64,000 bases of DNA, from positions 79,115 to 143,114 of the forward strand of contig JBHLKM010000011.1 of assembly GCA_048886685.1 (NCBI GenBank), given 5' to 3'. The notes under the pieces are model-generated. The model was not told the DNA's origin. It ran no database searches and saw nothing but the letters and a program-made list of their open reading frames with translations. The stretch's first letter is position 1, and each line of letters begins with the position of its first letter. Of this stretch, positions 39,736 to 49,868 are shown in pieces. The stretch is from Candidatus Hodarchaeota archaeon (GTDB lineage: Archaea > Asgardarchaeota > Lokiarchaeia > Sigyniarchaeales > SOKP01). Both the position numbers and the translations under genes were made by a program.

Positions 39736-41382
39736 ATGGAAAAAAAATATAAGACTATGGATTTTTTTCTCGGTTTAGACTGTTCCACCCAAAGTTTAAC
39801 AGGAGTTTTGATAGATTTCAATAAAAGGAAAAATATCTATTCCTATAGCATTAATTTTGACAAGGATTTACCACAATATAAAACTCAAAATGGAGTTTAT
39901 ATATTTAATGAGGGCAAAGTTGTTCATTCGAACCCCTTGATGTGGGTTGAAGCATTAGAATTACTATTTACTAAATTTGTTCAGGAAAAATTACCCTTAG
40001 ATCAAATAAAGGCAATTTCTGGCTCAGGTCAACAACATGGGACCGTTTATTTGAATAGTTCATTTGAATCAATTTTGAAAAAATTAGATTCAAACAAAAC
40101 TTTAGCAAGTCAAATAGAAAATGTTTTTACGAGGAAGACAAACCCGATTTGGATGGATTCAAGCACTACTATAGAATGTGAAGAGATACGTCGTAAGTTA
40201 GGGGGAATGGAATCAACAATTAAAATTACCGGCTCAAACACATTTGAGAGGTTTTCTGGACCTCAAATAAGAAAATTTTACAAACAGAATTACGATGACT
40301 ATTTGAATACCTCAGTAATTCATTTGGTAAGTTCCTTTCTCTCTTCCATTTTATTAGGTAAAAACTCTCCAATAGATCATAGTGATGGTGCAGGAATGAA
40401 TTTGATGAATATTGAGACAAAGCAATGGAACCAAAAAGCTTTAGACGCGACAGCTCCCAACCTGAAATTAAAACTACCACCCTTAACTAATTCCTATGAA
40501 ATTATTGGTACAATATCTCCCTATTTCGTGGAAAAGTATAAATTTTCTTCAGACACTCTTCTCATTCCATGGTCAGGGGATAATCCTAACAGCTTAATTG
40601 GTTTAGGTCTTACAACTAAAGGGAGAGTAGCAGTTAGTTTAGGTACAAGCGATACATATTTTGCTTATTTAAAACGATTAAATATTGATTTGAGCAGTGA
40701 AGGACATGTTTTTGTAGCACCTACAGGAGAATACATGGGATTGGTGTGCTATAAGAATGGTTCTTTAGCAAGAGAGAAAATTAAAGATATGTTTAACCTT
40801 ACATGGAAAGAATTTTCTAAAATACTTAGAGACACACCACCTGGGAATTATGGGAAAATCATGTTACCATATTTCTTCCCAGAGATTGTTCCACTTGTTC
40901 TGAAACCCAATGTATTCCGATTTGGATTAAGTGAAGATGATCAAGAAGGAAATGTAAGAGCTGTAATAGAAGCACAGTTTTTATCAATGAAACTACATTC
41001 TAATTGGATAAGAGAAGAACCAGAAGAAATATTTGCGACAGGAGGAGCATCCTCAAATTTAGAGATAATAGAAATTGCGGCTAACATATTTAATACAACC
41101 ATTCGACAATTCGATATAACTAATTCTGCTGCTTTAGGTGCTGCACTTCGAAGTGCTAAATCTTATTATGATTCCTTAAATCAAAATATTGGTTGGACAG
41201 AATTGGTAAATCAATATTTAGATATCCAAAAAAGCGTTGTTATCAAACCTAATAAGAAGTACGCCGCATTGTATACCGATATGCTTGATGTTTATAAGAA
41301 GTGTGAAAGTTTTATTCTTAAGAATGGAGAAGATCCAGAAAAATATCGTAAAGATTTCATCAAAAAGTATTTTGAGAATTGA
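39736..41382 (+). CDS. xylB: Xylulokinase (FGGY family, eukaryote-type XK subfamily)
   Basis: GLDCSTQS, SGSGQQHGTVY, PIWMDSST, ERFSGPQIRK, LVSSFLSS, DGAGMNLMNI, GDNPNSL, SLGTSDT, YKNGSLARE, ATGGAS. Confidence 0.88.
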   Translation: MEKKYKTMDFFLGLDCSTQSLTGVLIDFNKRKNIYSYSINFDKDLPQYKTQNGVYIFNEGKVVHSNPLMWVEALELLFTKFVQEKLPLDQIKAISGSGQQHGTVYLNSSFESILKKLDSNKTLASQIENVFTRKTNPIWMDSSTTIECEEIRRKLGGMESTIKITGSNTFERFSGPQIRKFYKQNYDDYLNTSVIHLVSSFLSSILLGKNSPIDHSDGAGMNLMNIETKQWNQKALDATAPNLKLKLPPLTNSYEIIGTISPYFVEKYKFSSDTLLIPWSGDNPNSLIGLGLTTKGRVAVSLGTSDTYFAYLKRLNIDLSSEGHVFVAPTGEYMGLVCYKNGSLAREKIKDMFNLTWKEFSKILRDTPPGNYGKIMLPYFFPEIVPLVLKPNVFRFGLSEDDQEGNVRAVIEAQFLSMKLHSNWIREEPEEIFATGGASSNLEIIEIAANIFNTTIRQFDITNSAALGAALRSAKSYYDSLNQNIGWTELVNQYLDIQKSVVIKPNKKYAALYTDMLDVYKKCESFILKNGEDPEKYRKDFIKKYFEN

Positions 41383-42012
41383 TTAGATTTCATCAGAATG
41401 TTTTAAAATAGATATTACTTTATTAGGATCACTTGCATTTAAAATTGTGCTGGCACTACTTAATATTTCAACGTCTAATTTCTTTGCGTTATTAATGTTA
41501 ATTCCCCCATCAACTTCAATAAGAAAATTATATTTTGCTTTATACATTTTTAAATTGTTTACTTTCTCTATTGAATAAGGTATGAATTTCTGCCCAGATT
41601 CACCGGGATATACAGACATAACCAATACCAAATCAATTGAATTTAGATATGGTACAATTTCAACTATGTCTGTATCTGGATTTATTGCTATACCTACTTT
41701 TTTTTTCTTTTCTCTAATTTTATTGATTATTTCATCTTTATCTTGTTCGATCTCAAAATGGAAAGTAAATATTTGGATATATTCAATAATCTCTTCGATA
41801 TAATCAGAGGGATTAGTTACCATCATGTGTGAGATAATGGGTATTTGGTAAGTTTCGTTTAAAATACGAAAAACATCTAGATTTAGGTTTCTCACGGGAG
41901 TAAATTTCCCGTCTGATACATCAACATGTATATAATCAAGCCCATTTAAACCAAGAATAATATCTGGTTTCAAATCGTCTCTTGCGTGTATTGATACTGC
42001 AATTTTTTTCAT
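41383..42012 (-). CDS. rpe: Ribulose-phosphate 3-epimerase
   Basis: [45 protein letters not shown]. Confidence 0.92.
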   Translation of the reverse strand: MKKIAVSIHARDDLKPDIILGLNGLDYIHVDVSDGKFTPVRNLNLDVFRILNETYQIPIISHMMVTNPSDYIEEIIEYIQIFTFHFEIEQDKDEIINKIREKKKKVGIAINPDTDIVEIVPYLNSIDLVLVMSVYPGESGQKFIPYSIEKVNNLKMYKAKYNFLIEVDGGININNAKKLDVEILSSASTILNASDPNKVISILKHSDEI

Positions 42013-42373
42013 ATCTATATCGAGTGTAAATATCTTTTTTTTTTATACTTTAGGATAGTAGTATCACAAAAAATATTAAAATACAAAATCTCTTGTTTTT
42101 TATAATTGAAGCGACATTTTTTTTTATAGAAATTTTAGAAATCAATAATCTCCAACTGAAACTTTTATCGAAATTCGTCATTTTTAACTAAATAAGTGAT
42201 ATTAAAAAAGAAACATCAATTAAATAATCAGATATTAGAAGAATTGAATTAAAGTTTCATAATAATTTAATTTTAATAATATAGACAATTTACTTTATCA
42301 TAATTTATTTCTTAGCTAACTAAGAAATTAGAAAAAGAAAAGCCTTAGAAAATTAGGAGGTTAAGTTAACCAA

Positions 42374-42379
42374 AGGTGA
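42374..42379 (+). promoter_or_regulatory. Ribosome-binding site of hdrA
   Basis: AGGTGA ending 5 nt before TTG 42385. Confidence 0.7.
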
Positions 42380-42384
42380 ACATA

Positions 42385-44367
42385 TTGTCTGATAAACAGA
42401 CCACTAGTAATAGTAATGAAGACGAAGTTCAGCCTAGAATAGGTGTGTTCGTGTGCCACTGAGGGATTAACATCGCAGGTATATTAGATATCCCGAGAAT
42501 AGTCGAAGAAATAAATAAAATTGAAAATGTTTGGGCTTATCCATATCTTTCCTTATGTACTGAAGGAGGATCTACTGAAATCAAAGAGAAACATGAAGAA
42601 TTTAAATTCAATAGAATATTAATTGCAGCATGTACACCTAAGACTCATCAGCCCGTATTCCATGCTATATTAAAAGAGATGGGATTACCTCCAAGATATT
42701 TGGAATTCGTAAATATACGAGAACACTGTTCATTTGTACATCAAGCCCCAGAAGTTCGTGAAAAAGCTACATTAAAAGCAATCGAGCTAATTAAAGCAGG
42801 TATTGCCCGAGCGAGATTATTAGAAGATGTACCTACAAAAACAGTTCCCGTAGAACCTAGTGCTCTTGTAGTTGGTGGAGGAATTGCAGGATTATCGGCT
42901 GCTATCGATTTGGGTGATGCTGGATATAAAGTATATTTGGTTGAGAAGAATACAACGATCGGAGGTCGTATGTCTCAGCTCGACAGGACTTTTCCTACGG
43001 ATGATTGTTCAATATGAATCTTGGGACCAAAAATGCTTGAAGCCAACCGTCATCCAAACATTGAAATCTTATCATACAGTGAAGTTTCAGAAATTGACGG
43101 TTACATTGGTAACTTTAAAGTTAAAGTAAGAAGAAAAGCTCGATTCGTTGATGAAACAAAATGCACCGGTTGTGGAACATGTACAGATGTATGCCCGGTG
43201 TATACAAGTAATTACTTTGATGAGCATTTATCTGCCCGGAAGGTCATTGATATCGCTTTTGCTCAAGCAGTCCCAGCAGTATCGCAACTTGAAAGAGATG
43301 TATGCGTAGAATGCTTTGCATGTGTTGATGCATGTGAACAAGAAGCCATAGACTTTAGTCAGCAAGACAAAATTGTAGAACTAGATATAGGCACTATAGT
43401 TGTAGCGACTGGTTGGGACCTTTATAAGGGTGAAGATTATGGTTATGGGATTTATGATAATGTAATCAATCAGATAGAATTAGAAAGGATTCTTGCACCT
43501 AACGGTCCTACTTATGGACACTTAAAGCGCCCTTCCGATGGTAAGCGTCCTACAAAAATTCTATTCATCAACTGCGTTGGTTCGAGAGATGTTAATAAAA
43601 ATGCTCATTGTAGCGTTATCTGTTGTAATCTTTCACTTAAAAACTCGAAATTAATTAAATCTGAATACCCTGACTCACAAATCGTTTGTACATATATAGA
43701 CATGAGATGTGCTGGAAAAGACTATGAAGAATACTATAGAAGATCAAGAGATGCAGGAATAATTTTTGTAAAAGGATTAGTTGGAAAAATAGAAGAAGAT
43801 CATTTAACAAAAAACCTTAAAGTACAATTTGAGCCAGTAGGAACTGATAGTGTAGTTACTATGGAGGTCCATATGGTTGTATTATCACCAGCATCTCTCC
43901 CCTCTGAAGGTACATTACAAATAGCTAAAGTTCTAAATATGGAAAAAAGCCCTGATGGTTTCTTAAAGGAATATCATGCTAGACTTGACCCAATAAGTAC
44001 TAAAGTACCAGGAATCTATATTTGTGGATCAGCCCAAGGACAAAAAGAGATTGACAAAGCAGTAAGCCAAGCTAGAGGAGCAGCATCAGTAGCAGGTATT
44101 CCGATGGGTAGAGGGGAATATACAATGGAATTAATTCGAGCTACACCCTCAGATGAGCGTTGTGCTAAGTGTTATAAATGTATCGAAGCTTGTCCATATA
44201 GCGCTATTTCGGTAAATGAAACGGGAAATATTGTCGTTGATTTAATAAATTGTCGAGGGTGTGGAACTTGTGCAGGTTTATGTCCTTCAAAAGCAATTGA
44301 ATTAACATACTTTAGAGACGATCAATATATGGCTTTAGTAGATGAATTATTACCCCTTGAGGAGTAA
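42385..44367 (+). CDS. hdrA: Heterodisulfide reductase subunit A, selenoprotein with two Sec (UGA at 42460-42462 and 43015-43017), 660 aa
   Basis: One continuous frame from TTG 42385: RIGVFVCH-U-GINIAG...AACTP..H...NIREHCSFVH...GGGIAG...RTFPTDDCSI-U-ILGPKM. Both UGAs sit at conserved HdrA Cys positions. Joins ORF-track pieces 42679-43017 and 43021-44367. Confidence 0.95.
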
Positions 44368-44383
44368 AGAGGTGAAGAATAAA

Positions 44384-44842
44384 ATGGCAGAAGATAATGA
44401 TATTAAAATTATTGTATATGCTTGCTGGAAATGAGGGTATGGTTCTGCGGATATGGCTGGTACGATCAGAGCGCAATATCCAGACTCAATTCGAAATGTC
44501 TTAGTACCTTGTACCGGACGTGTAGGAAGTGATTTAATCATGAGAGCTTTTGGTAGAGGAGCTGATGGCGTTGTTATTAATGCTTGATATCCTGGAGAAT
44601 GTGACTATGAAACGGGAAATTACCATGCATACCGACAAGTAGAATATATTAAAGAAATTCTAAAAGCTGTGGGTATGAGTCCAGAAAGAATTAAAATTAT
44701 ATATTGCACCGCAGCTGAAGGTCAGAAATTTCAAAGAGAAGCTATAGAAATCGATAAAACTATCAGCAAATTGGGACCAAGTCCTTTAAGGGCTAAAGGC
44801 ACACCTAAAAAAGGAAAAGCTAAAGCGAAAGCTCAAGCTTAA
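44384..44842 (+). CDS. mvhD: MvhD/VhuD [2Fe-2S] subunit, selenoprotein with two Sec (UGA at 44432-44434 and 44585-44587), 152 aa
   Basis: MAEDNDIKIIVYACWK-U-GYGSADMAGTIRAQYP...VPCTGRV...GADGVVINA-U-YPGECDYETGN...SPERI...CTAAEGQKF...LGPSPL; GAGGTGA RBS at 44369-44375; absent from the ORF track. Confidence 0.95.
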
Positions 44843-44850
44843 AAATTTAA

Positions 44851-44910
44851 TGTGTTTACTGATGAGGCTGAGTTAAAAAAATGAGAACTCATGCTGAAGA
44901 AATGGGCGCA
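44851..44910 (+). promoter_or_regulatory. Eukaryote-like SECIS element in the mvhD 3' UTR
   Basis: Lower stem UGUGUUUA/UGGGCGCA; core AUGA (44862-44865) opposite UGA (44895-44897); upper stem GC-UGAGUU/AACUCA-U-GC; apical loop starting with an A-run (44875-44881). Confidence 0.88.
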
Positions 44911-45037
44911 CCATGCAACACATAAAAAAAGATTTTAAAATTTAGAAGGAAATAGAAACATATAATCATTTGATTTGAAAATCAGTAAAAAAAAAGAAAT
45001 TATAATTATATATTTTGTATTTTAGAGTTGGAATTAC

Positions 45038-46177
45038 ATGGATACTACAGCAGAATACATAATTAAGAGTGAGGATTTTTCTAAAATCTTAGCTAGTTTG
45101 CTGAAAGAAAAAGTAGTTGATAAATTTATTGGTGCTGAATTGAGAGTTGATAAAAAATCTGGTAATATAGATAGATTTACTGTTCAACCAAAATTAGTGG
45201 AAAAAGAAGAAGATCTTTCAGATTTTCCATTATTTCCTTTAATTGCTTTTGGATATGCAAGGACTGACTCCGCATCAAAATTTCTCCATAAATCTGTAGC
45301 AGGTGCGATGAATGAGAAAGTTGGACTTATTGCACGTCCTTGCGATACGAGGGCATTAATTGAACTTGCTAAAATTAGACAAGTAAATCTGGATAATCTA
45401 TTTATTGTTGGGATCGAAGATAGAGGTATGCTTCCAAAAGCTGGTCGAGAAATGAGATCAATTAAGGATGTAGATCCAACTAAAATTGTTAAAGAAAAAG
45501 TTGGAGATAAAGGTCTCATTGTCAAATTGGATGATGGAAGCACAAAAGAACTTAATTTAACGGTTGCAGAAAACTGTTTAAGATGCTTCCGTAAGATTCC
45601 GGTTGTCGCTGATTTAACTGTAAGTGATCTCGGAATTCCCGTTGATTCAGAGGAGATAATTCTAAAAGTTTATTCAGATAAAGGAAATGAAATTCTTGAA
45701 AAGTCAGGAATTCAAAAGAAAGAACTCCCTGATAGCATCAAAACAGAGCATGAAAATACTTACAATCAAATAATAGAAAAAGCAAAAGAAAAAAGAGCAA
45801 AAGATTTAGAAGAATGGGATAAACTATCACAAGATGAAAAGATAGCAGAGTTACTTAAATGTACTCAATGTAACACCTGTATCAGGGGCTGTCCTGTTTG
45901 TTATTGTGTAGACTGTATACTTATGAAAAAGAGAAAAGAAAAAACCATAGATAAAGTAACTTATCAATTAACTCGAATAGCTCATGATGCTGATCGCTGC
46001 ATTGAATGCGGAAATTGTGATAATAACTGTCCACAAAATTTACCTCTTTCACTATACTTCCAGTCTCTTAATGAAGCCTTCAAAGAAAAATTTGGATATG
46101 AAGCAGGTATATCTCTTGATGATATCCCATTTAGGTCTGCAAAAGCAATAGCAGAGATGGAATTAGGGAAGATTTAA
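45038..46177 (+). CDS. FdhB/FrhB-like (coenzyme F420 hydrogenase/dehydrogenase beta family) protein with C-terminal [4Fe-4S] dicluster
   Basis: ARPCDTRALIELAKIRQVNLDNL, ENCLRC, ADL, CTQCNTCIRGCPVCYCVDC, RIAH..DRCIECGNCDNNCP. Confidence 0.85.
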   Translation: MDTTAEYIIKSEDFSKILASLLKEKVVDKFIGAELRVDKKSGNIDRFTVQPKLVEKEEDLSDFPLFPLIAFGYARTDSASKFLHKSVAGAMNEKVGLIARPCDTRALIELAKIRQVNLDNLFIVGIEDRGMLPKAGREMRSIKDVDPTKIVKEKVGDKGLIVKLDDGSTKELNLTVAENCLRCFRKIPVVADLTVSDLGIPVDSEEIILKVYSDKGNEILEKSGIQKKELPDSIKTEHENTYNQIIEKAKEKRAKDLEEWDKLSQDEKIAELLKCTQCNTCIRGCPVCYCVDCILMKKRKEKTIDKVTYQLTRIAHDADRCIECGNCDNNCPQNLPLSLYFQSLNEAFKEKFGYEAGISLDDIPFRSAKAIAEMELGKI

Positions 46178-46336
46178 ACATAATTTTTTTTATAATATTT
46201 ATTTTTCTTATCTTGTATGAGATTTCTAAGAGCTTATACTAAATCTGTGCAATAGAGTTGGGTTTCAATAAGATTAACTATTAATTTAAAAGATCTTTTA
46301 AACTTTTCAAGGGAAAACTTATTTATAAAGTAAGGT

Positions 46337-47566
46337 TCAAATTTCCTCTTCTTTTTCAACTAATATATCTTTAAAACTGGTTAATTTTCTTCCACAGAAT
46401 GGTGCTAGTTTATCGAAAAATTCTTCAGGTTCATATGTTTCCTCAGGTGTTAAAACACCTACTTTTTTTTTAGTTTTACCCTCAATAAGCATAATTGTAC
46501 CAATCGCTAAAGGAATTCCAGTCATTCCTGCCATTTCACCGAAAGGTTGGGGTACTAATGTTACCGCGATTTTCTTTCTTTTTCCATTTTTAATACCTGT
46601 AGCTATAACACATGGAGTTGGTGGACCTCCAAGAAGTTCTTCTAATGGTGGTTGCCCTTGAAAAGCTTTCTCTTCTAATTCTTCAAATTCTTTATTTAAT
46701 GAGAATGCCGCTTCTTGAATCGTAAGCTCTTTATTAATAATTTTTTGACAATAAGAGCGAGTAACTTCTGTAGCGGTTTCTCCTAAAAACATTACACTTG
46801 CGATTGTATTAGCTTTAATTGTTCTTGGAAGTGTTACTGGTTCAGGATGTCCCAAATGACAAGCATATACCTCTTTATATCCTGGAATTTTCAATGGTTC
46901 TATTTCTGAAAGAGCTTCAATTTCTATCATTTTTCCATCTTTATAAGTTGGAATTTTTCCTATAGCCTCGTAAAGAAAATGCATGACAGCAGCAATACCC
47001 GCGCCTGATGGTGGTCCTACATCTTCCCTTAGTTTTTCTGGTTTAATATAATATTTTGGTTTTTTTCCAGCTTTTATACCGAATGCTACCCCCCATGCGG
47101 CAATAACATCATCGACCTCCTCCAACTTAGAACATGCATATATTGCTAAGAGATTTGTAACTCCCGGACTTTCACCAATTCCAATAACTACTGGGATACC
47201 AGCAGCCTTTACTTTATCATCTAACTCAAGAATTTCTTGTGTAGCATCCCAATCATCACAGATATCAAGATAGGGTTTTTTTACCTCAATCACAGCTTCC
47301 ACAATATATTTTCCAAATTTATAATATGGTCCAACTGTACTTACTATAACATCATGTTTGCTCATTAATTCAATAAGTTTTTCTTTTTCAGTCACATCAA
47401 TTTGGAAAGGGGATAATTTTTCAGAATTGATTAAATCAACAATTCTTTTTGCTAGTTCGTAGTTTTTATCTGCTAAGGTGATTGATGTGATTTTAGGATG
47501 CTCGAGAAGTATGGCTATTGCCATTCTTCCCATATCACCACATCCTCCTAATGCTAATATTTTCAT
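46337..47566 (-). CDS. Saccharopine dehydrogenase-like NAD(P)-dependent oxidoreductase
   Basis: LGGCGDMG, VGPYYKFG, YLDICDD, GESPGVTN, GHPEPVTL, GVLTPE; ATG 47566 lies behind a GGTGA RBS (the ORF track starts at 47575). Confidence 0.88.
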   Translation of the reverse strand: MKILALGGCGDMGRMAIAILLEHPKITSITLADKNYELAKRIVDLINSEKLSPFQIDVTEKEKLIELMSKHDVIVSTVGPYYKFGKYIVEAVIEVKKPYLDICDDWDATQEILELDDKVKAAGIPVVIGIGESPGVTNLLAIYACSKLEEVDDVIAAWGVAFGIKAGKKPKYYIKPEKLREDVGPPSGAGIAAVMHFLYEAIGKIPTYKDGKMIEIEALSEIEPLKIPGYKEVYACHLGHPEPVTLPRTIKANTIASVMFLGETATEVTRSYCQKIINKELTIQEAAFSLNKEFEELEEKAFQGQPPLEELLGGPPTPCVIATGIKNGKRKKIAVTLVPQPFGEMAGMTGIPLAIGTIMLIEGKTKKKVGVLTPEETYEPEEFFDKLAPFCGRKLTSFKDILVEKEEEI

Positions 47567-47915
47567 TTTTTTCACCTAAAATTAATATTTCTCTATAAAA
47601 TTTTTAATTTATAGATTTCATAATATTTACAATTAATACTTATTTTCTTTAAAATAAAAATTTAAGTTGATTAATTTTCAAAATTCACAGAAAATTATTA
47701 GAAATAGCAGAGAGGGAATTAGAGAAAACCTAATTTTTTTTATTTCTTTTTTTAATTAATATTAATGATCTCAGAATTAAATTTTAAACCTCTTAGAGCT
47801 TCAAATATTCTATTTTAAAAATTCTTTCGAAATATACACCGCAAACTTACAAAAAGTTCCTCCTGTAATAGGTGATTCAATTGGTTTATATAACTTCAAT
47901 CATTTTTCTGTTATC

Positions 47916-48578
47916 ATGTCATCACTTTTAACAAAAAATCTAATTGAGCTTGAACGCGATAAAGTTTTATATGAAGTAAAAGAACGTCTCGTTCAAGGGG
48001 AAGATCCAATGAAAATATTCGAGGAATGTAAACAAGGTATGGAATTGATAGGCGAGAAATACAAAAAAAAAGAGTATTTTCTTGCGGAATTAATGCTTTC
48101 AGGTGATCTTTTTAGAGAAGCTATGGAACTTATTGAGCCTTATTTAGGGGAAAAAAAAACAGAGAGAGATACTAAAGGCAAAGTGCTACTTGCCACAATC
48201 CAAGGAGATATTCATGACTTAGGCAAAAATATCCTCGCTACTCTCCTGAAAATAGAAGGTTTTGAAGTTCACGATTTAGGTGTAGATGTTAACCCCGATA
48301 TCGTAGTTGAGAAAGTAAAAGAAATCCAACCCGACTTTCTTGGATTTTCAGCTCTTCTTACAATAACTTTTGAACCTATGAAAGAAGTAGTTGATAAATT
48401 GGAAAAAGCTGGACTTCGTGATAAATTAAAAATATTGGTTGGTGGAGGAATCACAACCCCCCTTGTGAAAGATTACACTGGAGCAGATTTTCAAACTATA
48501 GATGCTATGGAAGGTGTTCAATATTGTTTGGAAATAATTAAATCGAGAGTAATGATTAGATCAAGAGGAGGAATTTAA
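47916..48578 (+). CDS. Corrinoid (cobalamin-binding) protein of the MtaC/MtbC type
   Basis: Cap domain GMELIGEKY...YFLAEL; GDIHDLGKN (DxHxxG), SALL, VGGG. Confidence 0.93.
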   Translation: MSSLLTKNLIELERDKVLYEVKERLVQGEDPMKIFEECKQGMELIGEKYKKKEYFLAELMLSGDLFREAMELIEPYLGEKKTERDTKGKVLLATIQGDIHDLGKNILATLLKIEGFEVHDLGVDVNPDIVVEKVKEIQPDFLGFSALLTITFEPMKEVVDKLEKAGLRDKLKILVGGGITTPLVKDYTGADFQTIDAMEGVQYCLEIIKSRVMIRSRGGI

Positions 48579-48580
48579 AA

Positions 48581-49723
48581 ATGAAAGAAGAATATATGAC
48601 CCCACAAGAAAGAATGACTGCAGCAATAAATCTAGAAAAGCCAGATCGGGTACCGATTGCTCCTATAGTAGGCATGGATTTACCTGTAGCATATTATGGC
48701 TTAAGTACTGCAGAAATGCATAGAGAACCAGTTAAAGCTCTTGAAGCAATGGTTAAATTTTTTGATGAGTTTGGAGGTTGGGATGGATATTCAACGCTTC
48801 CTCTTTATAAAGGAGGATATATTTTAGCAGGACTTAAATTTAAAGCCCCAGGGCAAGAATTACCTGATGCCCCGAATTATTTTGGACAGTTTGATGAAGG
48901 AGAGTGGATGAAAGTAGAAGATTACATGACTATTGCAGATATTGGCTGGGGAAAATTTGTTTCAAGTGAGTATATCTATCGGATCAGTGATTGGACTCCC
49001 GAAGATGTTGAAGAAGCAAGAAAAAAATTTTTTCAACTCGCGTGGAAAGGTGGCGAAGAATGGGTAATAAAAAGAAAACTGGGATTAAGAACTGGAGCTA
49101 ATCGTGTTCATCCTTTTTTCCTTCTTTCCTTAAATCGGTCATTACTTAAATTCACACAAGATCTCTATTATAGACCTGAACTAGTCGAAGAAGCACTCGA
49201 TACAATGACGGATGAACTGATAAAGAGTGTGATAGCACAATGCAGAAGAAATGGCGGTGATTCAGTTTTTATACCTGAAGAAAGAGCAGAAGGTGCTATC
49301 TATCCCTTGAAAATTTTCGAGCGATTCTGGTGGCCATACTCAAAAAGGATAGTAGAAAATTTATATGATGAAGGAATTATAACATGGTTTCATCTTGATC
49401 AGTGTTGGGATTTAAATATTCCTTATTTTAAGGAACTACCAAGAGGTAGTTGTATAATTGACCTAGATGGACTTACGGACATATTTAGAGCTAAAGAAAT
49501 CCTTAAGGATCATTTATGTATTATGAGCGATGTAAGTGCATCTCTATTTTCTATAGGAACAACAAAACAAGTTGAAGATTATGTTAAAAAACTCATTGAC
49601 AAACTTGGCGTCGATGGAGGACATATTTTAAGTTCTGGCTGCGAAGTACCTCCTACTTGTAAACCAGAAAACTTTAAAACTTTCCTAAAAGTGGGTAAAA
49701 CTTATCAATTATCTGTGGAATAA
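48581..49723 (+). CDS. Uroporphyrinogen decarboxylase / MtaA-CmuA family methyltransferase
   Basis: MTPQER...PDRVP, FERFWWPY, HLD, GHILSSGCEVP..CKPEN; 2 bp after the corrinoid gene, GAGGAGG RBS. Confidence 0.88.
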   Translation: MKEEYMTPQERMTAAINLEKPDRVPIAPIVGMDLPVAYYGLSTAEMHREPVKALEAMVKFFDEFGGWDGYSTLPLYKGGYILAGLKFKAPGQELPDAPNYFGQFDEGEWMKVEDYMTIADIGWGKFVSSEYIYRISDWTPEDVEEARKKFFQLAWKGGEEWVIKRKLGLRTGANRVHPFFLLSLNRSLLKFTQDLYYRPELVEEALDTMTDELIKSVIAQCRRNGGDSVFIPEERAEGAIYPLKIFERFWWPYSKRIVENLYDEGIITWFHLDQCWDLNIPYFKELPRGSCIIDLDGLTDIFRAKEILKDHLCIMSDVSASLFSIGTTKQVEDYVKKLIDKLGVDGGHILSSGCEVPPTCKPENFKTFLKVGKTYQLSVE

Positions 49724-49868
49724 TATTTTTTGATTTAAATTCAAAGAATTAAAATAAATCTAGATTTTTTTTTAAAAAATAGTAAGGAAAAAGTGAAAGA
49801 CCTGTTCCTTTATTGTTTGAAATTTATTGCTAACTTTCTATTTGATATCAATTCTAATCTTTCTTAAT

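Noticed and set aside
42385-44842. hdrA and mvhD as pseudogenes with nonsense mutations
   Set aside because: All four stops are TGA, all fall on conserved Cys positions, there are no frameshifts, and a SECIS follows; selenocysteine explains this better.
47576-47915. Cobalamin riboswitch upstream of the corrinoid gene
   Set aside because: The region is very AT-rich, with no B12-box or stable multi-stem structure visible.
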